From a virus (lineage: Duplodnaviria > Caudoviricetes): a stretch of 62,350 nt of DNA. A program made the position numbers and the translations under genes. The notes beneath the pieces are model-generated. The model saw only the letters and a program-made list of their open reading frames with translations, had not been told where the DNA came from and made no database searches. Location: IMG/VR virus record IMGVR_UViG_3300035190_001508, positions 1 through 62,350 of that record. The stretch is one strand, 5' to 3'. Positions 28,372-40,100 of the stretch are shown in pieces (within the stretch, counting starts at the first letter, position 1; the number at the start of each line of letters is the position of its first letter).

Positions 28372-28941
28372 ATGTCTTTAAGAACAGGTAGCCTAAGCGA
28401 CCCAGCCAGACCCGTTGCACCCGAAAGCGCAAGGCTGCTGCGCGAGGCTCGGCGCGCCCGCCGTATGGGCTACAGAGACGTGGCCAACAAGTTAGCCGAG
28501 GCTAGTTTTATTCAGAAGGGCACCGAACCAAGCATTGGCCGGTCCGAGGACCGCAACGCTATGGCCGACATTAGGGAAGCCGCGGCCGAGGCTGAGGTGC
28601 AGGCCGCTCAAGACGCCGAAGCACAACAACGTGCTGGGCGTAAAACTTTTGCTAGCGGAATTAAAGAAGCCGCCGAAGAACAAGGCGGGGACGACGCTTA
28701 CAACTGGGCCAGACAAGAGGCCCCCAAGTACGGGGTTACTGCTGGCGCGTTAGCTAATTTCTTTGAGCGCAACAAGATTAAGTACAAACGAACAGCCGAA
28801 ACTCCTGTTACTGTTGTTACAGGCGAAATGAAACGAGCCATTGACTTGCCCGGCGGGAGAACTACCGGAGTGCAAGGCGCTAGCGGCACACAAGGCGCGA
28901 CCGGTGGTCTTGCAAGAAAAGATAAAAAATCACAGTCATGA
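28372..28941 (+). CDS. Putative internal virion/ejection protein
   Basis: 189 aa, Ala/Glu/Arg-rich and helical, in the cluster before the giant protein. Confidence 0.45.
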   Translation: MSLRTGSLSDPARPVAPESARLLREARRARRMGYRDVANKLAEASFIQKGTEPSIGRSEDRNAMADIREAAAEAEVQAAQDAEAQQRAGRKTFASGIKEAAEEQGGDDAYNWARQEAPKYGVTAGALANFFERNKIKYKRTAETPVTVVTGEMKRAIDLPGGRTTGVQGASGTQGATGGLARKDKKSQS

Positions 28942-30008
28942 CAGACGAAGAGAAGAAGAAACTGGGATTGACGGGGCAACAACCGTCAAGGAATCAGATA
29001 GTAGCCCCGAATACTCAAGCGCCGGCAGTCCCGGCCGCGCCAGCACAACCGGCGGCTCCGGCCCCGGCGACACAATCGGCGGCTCCGGCCGCGGCTACTA
29101 ACGATAGGTACAGAACGGGTGTAGCGACCCGCGGCGAGGGAGGTGTTTCTTTAGAAGATCAAGCTAAGAGCATGGAAGGATACGAACTTATTGGCTTTAA
29201 AGGCAATAAGCCGCTCTACGAAAAAGCTGATAGTCTCTACTCGAGCCAAGTTAAAAAACTTACACCGGAACCAGCGGCCCCGACAGCACAAACCGCGCAG
29301 ATTAACTCTACACTAGACCAAGCCAAAAATGACTACAACACAGGCGGAGGTGGTAATGTTATGCTGGCGGGGCAAGACAAAACTCTTAAACCTCCTACGT
29401 CTAATATTACGTTTGGAAATAATCCAAATAATGTTTTGGCTCCTCCTGCTGGCTTGATCCCGCCAGAACCGCTCGGATTTAATAAACCCGCGGCGGCAAT
29501 GCCGGCCGCTGCTCCTTCAGTAGAAGCGTTGCGCGAGCAGTACCAAAAGGACGCTACCGCGGCTAGACAGGAAATCGAGCAAAAGTACAAACAGCCAGAG
29601 CAGCCAAAGTACTTTAGCAAAGAGTACGCAAATCAGTTTACGGCCGCGCAAGAAGCTGCTAACCAGCGAGCCAAAGAACGTATTGCGTACGGTGGCCAGC
29701 CTGTGCGGGACACCTCGAACAGCATGGCTTTCGCAAACAAAGCTGCGGCCGCTATGCGTGCGGAAGCGGCTAGACCAGAACTGGCGACCAAGGAGGACAT
29801 CGAAACGTCCGGTCTCGACAAAGCCACCCAACAACGACTTAGGTTTGGTGTTGGGGAAAACGGAGAAAGCGTTAGCGTAACTCCAGACTATTTAAAAAAC
29901 TATATGGCCAGCAAGGGAATTACCAAAAGGCCCGGCCCAAACTTTAATAACCCATTTTCGGGGGCCAGCAAGCCAAGTAATCGGCTCTACCGCAGGCCCG
30001 GACTCTAA
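28938..30008 (+). CDS. Putative internal virion/ejection protein (Pro/Ala-rich, low complexity)
   Basis: 356 aa with an ATGA overlap. Confidence 0.45.
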   Translation: MTDEEKKKLGLTGQQPSRNQIVAPNTQAPAVPAAPAQPAAPAPATQSAAPAAATNDRYRTGVATRGEGGVSLEDQAKSMEGYELIGFKGNKPLYEKADSLYSSQVKKLTPEPAAPTAQTAQINSTLDQAKNDYNTGGGGNVMLAGQDKTLKPPTSNITFGNNPNNVLAPPAGLIPPEPLGFNKPAAAMPAAAPSVEALREQYQKDATAARQEIEQKYKQPEQPKYFSKEYANQFTAAQEAANQRAKERIAYGGQPVRDTSNSMAFANKAAAAMRAEAARPELATKEDIETSGLDKATQQRLRFGVGENGESVSVTPDYLKNYMASKGITKRPGPNFNNPFSGASKPSNRLYRRPGL

Positions 30009-31060
30009 TGGCTGAACAAAACATACCCTCTTTTGCGGTTGACTCGGATATTACTCCGTTGCAGGGCCGTTACTTTCAGTACGCCAAGACCGGCATTACT
30101 GACCCGCGAGTTCGTGCGCAAGCGTACGGGCTAATTAAACAGACGTTCGGCGGCATTCAACAGGCCCGGGACATTCAGCGTGCTAGACAGCAAGAGGAAG
30201 AGGATCGCGCCCTGAACATGGACGTCAAACGCGCGCAGCTCGAAGAGGGTAGGCTCCAGCTTAGCATGGCCCGTGATAAGTTCCGCAGGCAGCAAGAAGC
30301 CGCGGCCACGGGGTCAACGTTCTACAGCCAACTAGACGCCGTTAAGAACGACACAAACCTTACCCCGCCGCAGCGCGCTAGCAAGTTGTACGAGGTTGCC
30401 GCAAATAACGCGGACTTCTTAACGGATAACGAGGTTGCGACTAACCGTTTTAATTCTACAATTAATTCGGTAAAAGCTTTGGAGACGCCCAAAGACACGA
30501 ACCGCATTACAGAAATGGATAAGGTACGGCGCGCTGTGGAAAGCGGGGCGAGCCCTGACGCGTTGGTTGAGATGGGTTTGGGCAACTACGCAAACTCAAA
30601 ATTTGTAGAGGATATACGCTCCAAAAAGGCAAAAGAAGAAGAGACTAAACAACTTGAGATTCAATCCAAGCGCAGGACAATGGTTAACGATACCGTTAAA
30701 CCGTACGAAAGCGCCCTAGAAACCCTTAAGGACGCTACAAAATTAATGGGGGAAGCCGCGCCCTCAACGGCTAACGTTGACTGGCAGGGCATTGACGACA
30801 TGCTGTTAGGCTTGGACAGCCTTGGTTTGGTTGACGAAGATTCTAAAAAAGAACTCCAAGAGCGGGGCGTAAGAGCCTTTAACCCAGACGCCACGTTGCC
30901 AAAAGCAAATACTCCGCAAGAAATCGTTGACAAGAATAAAAAGGCGCTACGAGCAATTAAGGACGTAATCCGCAAGGCCGGAACCCCGGCCCAAAGTAGC
31001 GCGGCCTCGGCTGCTAAGCCCGCGGGAGACATTAACTACGATAGTTTAATAGGCGACTAA
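30008..31060 (+). CDS. Putative internal virion/ejection protein (coiled-coil)
   Basis: 350 aa, Gln/Glu-rich helices, TAATG overlap. Confidence 0.45.
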   Translation: MAEQNIPSFAVDSDITPLQGRYFQYAKTGITDPRVRAQAYGLIKQTFGGIQQARDIQRARQQEEEDRALNMDVKRAQLEEGRLQLSMARDKFRRQQEAAATGSTFYSQLDAVKNDTNLTPPQRASKLYEVAANNADFLTDNEVATNRFNSTINSVKALETPKDTNRITEMDKVRRAVESGASPDALVEMGLGNYANSKFVEDIRSKKAKEEETKQLEIQSKRRTMVNDTVKPYESALETLKDATKLMGEAAPSTANVDWQGIDDMLLGLDSLGLVDEDSKKELQERGVRAFNPDATLPKANTPQEIVDKNKKALRAIKDVIRKAGTPAQSSAASAAKPAGDINYDSLIGD

Positions 31061-31116
31061 ACTAACTTTATTCTTGACGTGCGGCGCGCACACATAGTAG
31101 TGTGTGTACCTACGCT

Positions 31117-34100
31117 ATGCCGCAGATTACCAAAGACCCTCTGGGAAACGATGTTGAAGTTCTTAGTTTGACCGAATGGTCAGGCAAAAATCAAAAAGAA
31201 CTCAGTGAAAACACGCTTAACCAGTACGCTGGGTACGCAACCGGACAACTTCTGCGGGCCGGTAAAAGCCCAGACGAGTTTCAAAATAATCTTTATAGCG
31301 GGCTGTTCCGAAAAGGTGTGCAGGAAGGGGTCTTCCAGCCACAGGACGAAGAGCAAACAAAACAATTGTTTGAAAACTTTGCGAACAAACCCTTTGTAGA
31401 CGAAGCAACCGACCTCGACTTGGTTAGCAAAAGTTTACTTAACGTAGACTCCGAGCAAGCAGCACGTGCCGCGGACGTTTACCAGCGTCTGCAGAGCGGA
31501 CAGCAGGACCCCAACCTAGACACGGATCTAGCGGACGTCCGTGCCAACGTTGCTACCGTTGACAAAGTTCAACAGGCCCGTATTGATTTTGCAAAGGAGC
31601 GCGGGCTTGCGTTCATTGACTACCCGACCGGTGAGCCCGGACGCAGAGACGTCTGGATTAACACTCAAGCGTCCCCGGACCGCAAGTCCGTATACGATAC
31701 GCTTGACTTGGCTCAGGGTATTGTGGACCCGCGTTCTGCAATGCTAGCCGAGGAGTACCTTAAGACGGACCCCGGCCGCAAGGTTAACAGAGCCGAGCAA
31801 AAAATAAACGGGGAGCTGCAGAACTTATTTCAAAGTAGCCCTTCTGAAATCATTAAAAAGAATTTTGGAACCGCCATTGAATGGGGCTCCGAAGCCGCCG
31901 AGGACAAAGGCGTTAGCGACGATGTATTGAAGAAGGCCCCAACCGACGTGGTCATGACGCCGACCGAAGACGTGCAGGTATCTATTGCACCTTTCGGTAT
32001 GGGTGGCGGGCCAATCTACACAAGCAAAAGCGGAGGCGTGCCTGCTAAAAAAGTAGATAGCAACCGCATAGCTGACGCGGTTATTAAAAATACCTACGAG
32101 CGTCTAAAGCAAGAAGAGCCGAACAACCCATTAATAACAGACTATACAGAAGAGCAGTTCCTAAATGCTGCCAAAGACTTTGTTATCCAAAGGCTGAACA
32201 CCGACACCAACCAAGACGACCCAACCAAAAATTTTGTTAGTCTTTCGGACGGTTCGCGCGTGCCACTAGGAAGCGCTAGTTTGTTGCCGAAAGAAAGATT
32301 CAACGCGGCCATGAATAGTCTTGGCTTCGATGAAAGCGAAATGGCGGTAGCAAGGGCGACACGCACGGGTTGGATTGCTGCGAACATCGACGACATCGAC
32401 CAAACGCTATATGATTTTGATGGCGATAAGTACATGGACTTTGCTCAGAAGAACAGAGAACAGTACGATAACGACCGAACCAAAATAGCAGAGGCTTACA
32501 TCGACAGCATGGAGCCAAGCGTTTGGAAAACTTTTTCAGCAAAAGCCAAAGGCGTTGCTCGGTCTGTTTGGAACGCAAGCTATGACTTTGGTTCGACAGT
32601 TGGACTCGGTGTGGCTAAGGCCACTAACTGGGAGTTCGCTGAGCAAGCGTACAAGGACTCCCTAATTGCGTCAGCGGAAAACGAAAGAAGGCGCGGAATG
32701 TTTGTCGGCATGTACGGCGGGGACATGGGTATGGGCTACACAATCGTGTCGCAAGCGGCCCCTCTTCTTACCGACATTCTAATCACCAAGGGCGCTACTG
32801 GCCTTGCAAAGAAAGCCGCCAAGCCTCTAGTCACCACGGGTATTCGTAAAACCGAAGACTTGTTTGGGCTGTCCGCTAAATCGTTTATTAGGAATAGCCT
32901 GTCCGACGAAACCAAAGGCATTGCCGGAAAGTACTTGGCGAGCTTTACAATCGAGGGCGCAGAAAAAAGTCCGGGCCAATTGCTGCGCGCCGTGCGTCGT
33001 GATCTCGAAAAACAATTTGTTGCGGGCACTGCAACGGCCACGCAGATTGGGACCAGCTTTACGCGCAGCGCGCAGAACGCTTGGACCAACACCACCTTGC
33101 GAATGAGCAAGGAAACAAACGAAGACGGAACCCGCAAGTATACGGACGAGCAAATTAACGACACCGCAACCACAAGCGCTTTGTACAGCGGACTTACCAC
33201 CGCGCTTGTTGAGCGTGGTTTTGGAAAGGTCTTCGGGGAGGGTGCTGATATTACAACTGTTGGCAACGCCAATATTCGTCAGCTTAAAGCGTACAGTAAA
33301 CGCCTTGGTGGTGCACTGGAGCGCGGAGGTTTCGGGGGTACCGAACTTTACGACACGTTCAAACAGGTTAGTAAAGAGATTGTTCAAGAAGGCTGGGGCA
33401 AAGCCGCGGTACAAATACCGGGTGAAGCGCTCGAAGAGTTCACCGACGAGTTCGCGCAAAACGTTATTCAGAGTCTTCTTGGAGACGACACTATTACAAT
33501 TAAACAAGCGTTTACGCAGGCCATGCAAGCGGCTGTGGTGGGCGGTGTGTACGGTGGTGCTCTTGGTTCGACTAACAAGATCGGGCTATTCAAGGAAGAC
33601 GTCGCACGCGACATCGCAACAGGTACCGCACAAGGTATTCAGCGCGATATAATGGACCGCACAATTGCCAAGCTCAGGGAGTCCGGCAATGCCGATCAGA
33701 CAATCGCAGCTCTGCAGGACCGCATGCGTGTTTCACAGCGCAGGGATAGCCCGATTAGCGAGAGCATCCCAGAACGCGCGGTTAAGGAAACAATTATTGA
33801 CGAACTTGATTCACTTAGTGAAGAACCATTTGACGTTCCAACACCGCCAGCAGCTCCAGAAGCTCCTCCCGCAAACACTGTTGTTACACGGCTAGCAACG
33901 AATAAAGCTAAAGAGCTAGGTGTTAGCGAAGAAGAACTCAAGACAATCCAACCTAGCGGACTTAAAAAAGGCGTGCCGCAAGTCACGCGGAACGACGTGA
34001 TTGCTTTTGTGAATCGCCGCACAGAGCAAATGGGAATTGACCTTAGTAGATTTCTGCCGGGGCCAAACATTACAGCACCTGAAGGCGGCCTGCAACTTAT

Positions 34101-37100
34101 TGGGGCGGACGCATTCGAGGACGCAGAAAACCGTACGTTTGACGATCTTAAAAATAGAGTGGTCGTTATTGATGGGTTGCGCGGACGTGTCCGCATCGAG
34201 GACGAGGGAGTTATTCTGGACCCAGAAGACGGGTCTACGCCGCTCGAACTTACCCCGAACAAAGACCTACCGATCAAAGACTTTGAAGGATTTGACACAC
34301 TGCTACAGGAACGCGCCACGGTAAGTCCACGCAGGCAGCCGCGTGAGGTTTCAGACGTTACTGAAGACGGAAAGATTCTTTACGGTGATACCGAGTACGA
34401 TCTTCCAGAAAGGCCGCTAGTTGCTAATCTTAAGAAGGACGCCGAAGGTAACATTGAGTCCATGCACATGCGTGTATTCAATAGCAAGGGCCTTGCAACT
34501 TGGGTCTACGTTGCCGGAGATAACGTGCCGAAGGTTGAAACGTCTTACCGCGTCCGCGGGCCAGAAGCCGTTGTAACGTTTAACGGCGCTGTTGAAAACG
34601 CTGTTAAGGAAACCGTCCGACGCAACGTTTCGGTTGACGAATATAAGACCAAGCAAAGCAAGCAGCGCCGCAAACAAAAGAGGGCCGCCAATAACGCGCC
34701 GTTTGTTAGCGACCAAGGGCAACGCGCTATTGAGGACGCTCCAGATTTCAGAGCAACGCGCATGGGTCAGCCGGATACGCCGCGCCAGTTAATCGACGAG
34801 ATCCGCACAGTCGCCGCACAAATGGGACTCGACCCGAAAGTATTTACAAACGACTCGGAGCTGTTCATAATGATTGCTCCAGAGATTGCTGCGGGGCTCG
34901 ACCTAGAATCATTTAGCCCGCAACAAAGAGCCCGGGCCGTGCAGAACTTACAACGCAACGGCAACAACCCAGAAACAATTCTTGAGTATCTGGTTAGCCA
35001 AGAAGCGCAGCCTCTTGCGGAGCGCGTTGCCCGTTCAAACCAGATTGCCGCATTGCGTGCGCGCAATAACAATCAGATTAAAAAGCACGGCATTAAACCG
35101 GGCGCTGACATTAAGACGGTCCTAGAGAATATTGCTAGGTCCGCAGAGAACAAAGAGCACAGGCAAGCGGCCAAGGAACTCCTGAAACTAGGGGCTGATA
35201 CGGTTCCCGTTGCAATTACTACTTTGCCGAACAACTTGGAAACAGCCGGTGCTTACTTGCCGGAAAGTAACGCGGTAATTATTAACCTCGCCAGCGACAA
35301 CAGCGAGGGTGCTATGGGCGCGTTGCTCCACGAGCTTGGTCACGCGGTTACCGACCGAGTTCTTACAGCTCCACAAAACGATTTTGAGTTGCAGCTACGT
35401 GATAGGATACTCGGGCTGCGCGCCGAGTACGCGCAAAGAGCTGCCGAGATTCACGGCGATAATATACCGCCGGATCTTCGTTATGCTTTGGAAGGACGAA
35501 TGAGCGTTACTGAACCGTTTAGCGATCTTAACGGCGCGCGTGAAATGGTTGCGCACTTTTACGGATCAAAAACATTCAGGGACCACTTGGTGCGTCTTAG
35601 CAACAAGGGCGAGCGCAACCTTGTGCAAAAGTTCATTGACCTTATTGCGAGTCTGTTTAGTGGGCAACCAACAGCGTCTAAACAATACCGCGACTTGGCC
35701 AATGCAATTACGGATCTCTCGAAAGCAAACCAAAACTTGGGGGCTAACCCGTACGGAAGAACTGCCGCGCAAGTGGCGGCTAGCCGCGCTGGAGTTAACC
35801 ACCAGAACAGGGTTGGCCAATTGTTCGGGGTGCCAAACCCCCACTCGCGCGACGACCTCGAATGGATTCTGCACCAAGTGCAAACGCTTAGGTACTCGGA
35901 CCTTAGCAACGAAGAGATTAACGAGCTCGTTAAGTCACAGAGGTTCGGCATGCTGACCGGAGAGAACCCCAACGACACTGAGTTCTCAGAAACAGAAAAC
36001 CTGCAGTTCAACAAGAACGCGGTTCGCTGGCTGCGCGATAACGGGTATCCTGTAATTCCAATTGTTGGCAAGTACAACCGCGGAGAGAACAGCTTCCTTG
36101 TTGTGGGACTTACCGACCAAGACGCTATTGACGCGGCACAAGAACTAAATCAGGACTCGGTTGTTACCAATACCGGAATGTATTTTAGGACCGGCATGGT
36201 TAGCCCGCGTGTTGGTGAAGTAACCGACGAACCAATCGGGAAAGAAGACAATTACTTTAGCGCGCTGCTGGACACCAACGGCAACGTTACAACAATCCGG
36301 GTTGAGTATGACTTGGACACGACTCTGGATTCTGGAATCAGATACAGTAAGCAGGATCAGCAAGCCGCACCAACAACACAGATTGCAAAGAGCTTGGCCG
36401 CACAAGGCGAGTTCCAAGTTGTCGAGGACCGCGAGTCAGACAAAGCAATTAGTTTTGCAGGCGGTAGACTTGTAGTTAACCCAGCACTAACAGAACAACG
36501 TTACCAAGGCTATGACGAAGAAGACGCCGCGGATTTCCAAGAGCTAGACGTAAGACTTGCTGTAGCTATTGGAATGGCTGACACCACCAGCGGACCAGAA
36601 GTACAACTTGACTTCGAGGAGTTTGGCCTTAGCCCGGACTCGGTCATTGAACAGGCCGCTTACAATACCCTTACCAACTCCGATCTACAGGACCTGCTCC
36701 GAGTTAAAGAGCAAGCGAAACAGTTTGTGGCGTCAGCGTACTACCACATTGCTATTCGCAACGACGGGTCTAACGAGCGTTTGGCCACAGCGCAAAACCA
36801 CATTGCCGACCTGTATAGGTATCTGCTTCGTGACGGTGAGGCAACGAGCGAAACGGTCGAAGGATTCGATCCGCTTGGGGCCGGGCCTGTAACAACGCAG
36901 ATTGCTGAGCGTGCCAAACCGCTGCGGCCTATTGTTAGGTACAGCCGGGCCGCGTCTAATATTAACCCCACCGAAGTTCGCGGACGCACCAAGGCCGGTA
37001 AGGCTGTTGGTACGCGCAACCCAACCTCAGCCAAAGCGACCGAGGACGGAGCGGACTCGAGTAACTTGGTTGACCTTGCGGCGCTTAAGCGCAACCCGCA

Positions 37101-40100
37101 AGCGTACCGCAAGAACGCGCTGCTTCTTTTGGAGTACCCAATTGTTGCACGTGAGTTCCCAGAGCTTGCCAAAGAATACGCAAAAATCCGTGGTGCTGTA
37201 CTTAAAGCGCAGGACAAAGCAAAAGCAAACGGCATTAAGATTAAGGGTGCAAAAGACACAGCAAAGAAAACACTCGCTAATTATCTTGGTGTTAGCAAAG
37301 CAAAGGTGTCCGGCAAAATGCTGGAGGACGCCATTGAAAACCCAGAGTCCGCGTTTGTTACCAAGGAGCAGCCGGGGACTGTTGCCGGGAACAAAGAAGC
37401 AAGGGCGCGCAATAAAGCCTTGGCTACGTTTAACAAGAATCTAGACCAGATTAAAAAGTACGCAGCGGAAGGCGTTGTTCTTGGAACAGACAGCAGCAAG
37501 GCCCTTAAGACGTACACTGACGCGCTCGACAAGATTGCCAAGGACCCCGAACACCCTATTGCCGCGCAAGCAGACGAGATTTACAACACGCTAATCGAGG
37601 TTACCAAGAGCAACCTCCGCAAGCTAATGGATGTTTTCCCGGCCGACATCCGGGAAATTGCAAACCTCTGGTACGACGGAGCCAACATTATTGCGCAACA
37701 GTTTGCCGGCGATAACTACTCTCTCGAGCAAAGCTCCGCGGTTCTTGCGGTGTTTAGCCCGCAGAAGGACTGGTTCCAGAACGTTGAACTAGCCAAACGG
37801 ACCATGGAAATCTGGACCGCGGATCAAGAGTACGGGTGGGACGACGCAATGAGCGCGCGCTGGCTTATGCGCGGCGGCGAGCCGGAGCTCAAAGAGAACA
37901 AGGACGGAACCGTTGGCTACGCCAAAGGCATTAAACCGGACCTCGACGAGAACGGTGAGCACCGCACCGACGCAAACGGCATGCTGTTGTTCCATGGTTG
38001 GGGCAGCGAAAAAGTAAAAGCCAAAAGGCAGCAAGCGTTTGAACGCCTGCAGTCCCTAAAAGGCAAGAAGCTCAAGGACCTTACCCCCGAGCAACAAGCT
38101 TGGTTTATTCGCATGCGCGCTGAGACCAAGTACCCAACAGGCTATCCGATTGTTAGCCCGGACGGACGCTTTGGTGAGTCGAGCAAGAGCACCAATAACA
38201 AGGGTGTTACCAAAGAAATCAAGTTGGCTTGGGGAACCTACGGCAGCATTGGTAAGGCTATTAATATCCTTACGGCTCCGTCGGAGACACAAATGAAAGT
38301 TATTAGCGACGAACTTGGCGACCAGCACAAGGTTCGTAGCTTCTACAATAACATTGTGGACCCGCAGAACAACGACGGCCACGTAACCATGGACACCCAC
38401 GCTATCGCGGCGCTGTTCTGGCAAGCGTTCAGCGGTAACAGCCGCGAGGTCGGGCAGAACTTTGGGACAGCGAACACCGCAACCGATAGCGTTACCGGAG
38501 TTGGTGGTCTTTACCCCGCGTTTGCAGAAGCGTACAGAGCGGTAGCCGCCGAGTACGGAATGCTTCCGCGCCAAGTGCAGAGCATTACTTGGGAAGCCGT
38601 GCGCATGCTGTTCACCGCAAGGTGGAAGAGCAAATCTGAAAACGTTAACGGTGTGCGCGCTAAGTGGGTGCAGTACCAGAACAACGAGATCAGCTTGGAC
38701 CAAGCGCAGAACGCAGTGTTTGCAATGGCGACCAACGGTAAGGACTTGGCAACCGCCGTGGCCAACAGCAACGACGAACAGCTGGGCCTTGGTTTCCCGA
38801 GCTGGGCCGACGTGACCGAGGGTCCTGCACCGGCTGGCATTGCGCTTAGCCGCGCGGCCCGGGTCAGTGAGCCTGTAAGGCTTTCAAAAGAACAACGCAC
38901 AGGTTCTGTAGAACTTATTAGTAGTCTTACAGGTGCTGACCAGAAAACAAGACGCGGTGTTTTTGACGGTCTCGTAAACCTTAGCAACGATGATCTTCTT
39001 TCGGTTACAGAAAGACTTAACAAAAAAACTCTTCGCTGGCTTATTGGGTCGGCAGCAGAGGACCAAAGCAAAGTAGTTTTGCTCAGCACGCTGCGCAGGG
39101 CAGTTCGCAAACAAATCGAAAACGCCCCGCAATACCAGCAAGGAGCCGCGTTGTTCAGAGAAGACGATGTGCGCCGCGTTCCTGTTGATAGGCTAGCCGC
39201 GCGTGTTGCGCTTAGCCGCGCGTTGCCAACCCAACTCGACGCTGACTACCTTGCCGCAGTTAACGCAGGCGATGTAGTGGAGCAACAAAGGCTAGTTGAT
39301 GCAGCTGCGAAAGCAGCTGGCGGAGTAGAAGTATACCATGGTGGAGACCTAGAAGGATCTACTATTGACTTCAAGAAAGCAAAAAGAGGAGCGGTCTCCG
39401 AAAGAAGAGACGGCGCTTTTTATGGGAGCACCAATAAAAAGGTAGCGGAATCTTACCGCGGTGCGACAAATAGAATGTTCTTCTTCTTGCAGAACCCGTT
39501 TGAAATTTCAACGCCGACTAATAGGCCAGCCTCTTGGACCGGTAAAACTGCTGAAATTACCAACGGAAAAAGAGTTGAAAGAAAAACAAGTCTTTCAATT
39601 GGCGAAGCAATTGACCGAGCAAAGCAGAATAATAAAGACGGTGTTGTGTATAGCAACATTGTTGATACCGGCCCAGCAGGAGCTGGCGCTATTGGGGACA
39701 CTGTTGTAATCTTTAATTCTAACCAAGCTAAGTCTGCTGACCCAATTGTCCGCGACGACAACGGCAACGTAATCCCGCTTAGCCAAAGGTTCGACCTAGC
39801 AAAGCCAGACATTCGCTACAGCCGCGCGGGCTTGGACACAGCTCCCAAGGCTTTCCGCGGACGCACGGTCCAGCTTACCCATTGGTCCAAGGCCAGCGGT
39901 ATTAAGCAGACAGACCCAACCGAACACGGCAACGGTGGTGCCGGTAAAGAACTCGAGCGCCGCCGCGAGTACGGTGATATTTACACCCCGCGCACGTACT
40001 TTGGGTACGGCAAGTACCGCCGCGAAACGCAGGTCGGTGTTAACCGCTACAGCATGCTGGTTAACGGTGACTCCTTGTACGACTTGGACCGGGACCCACT

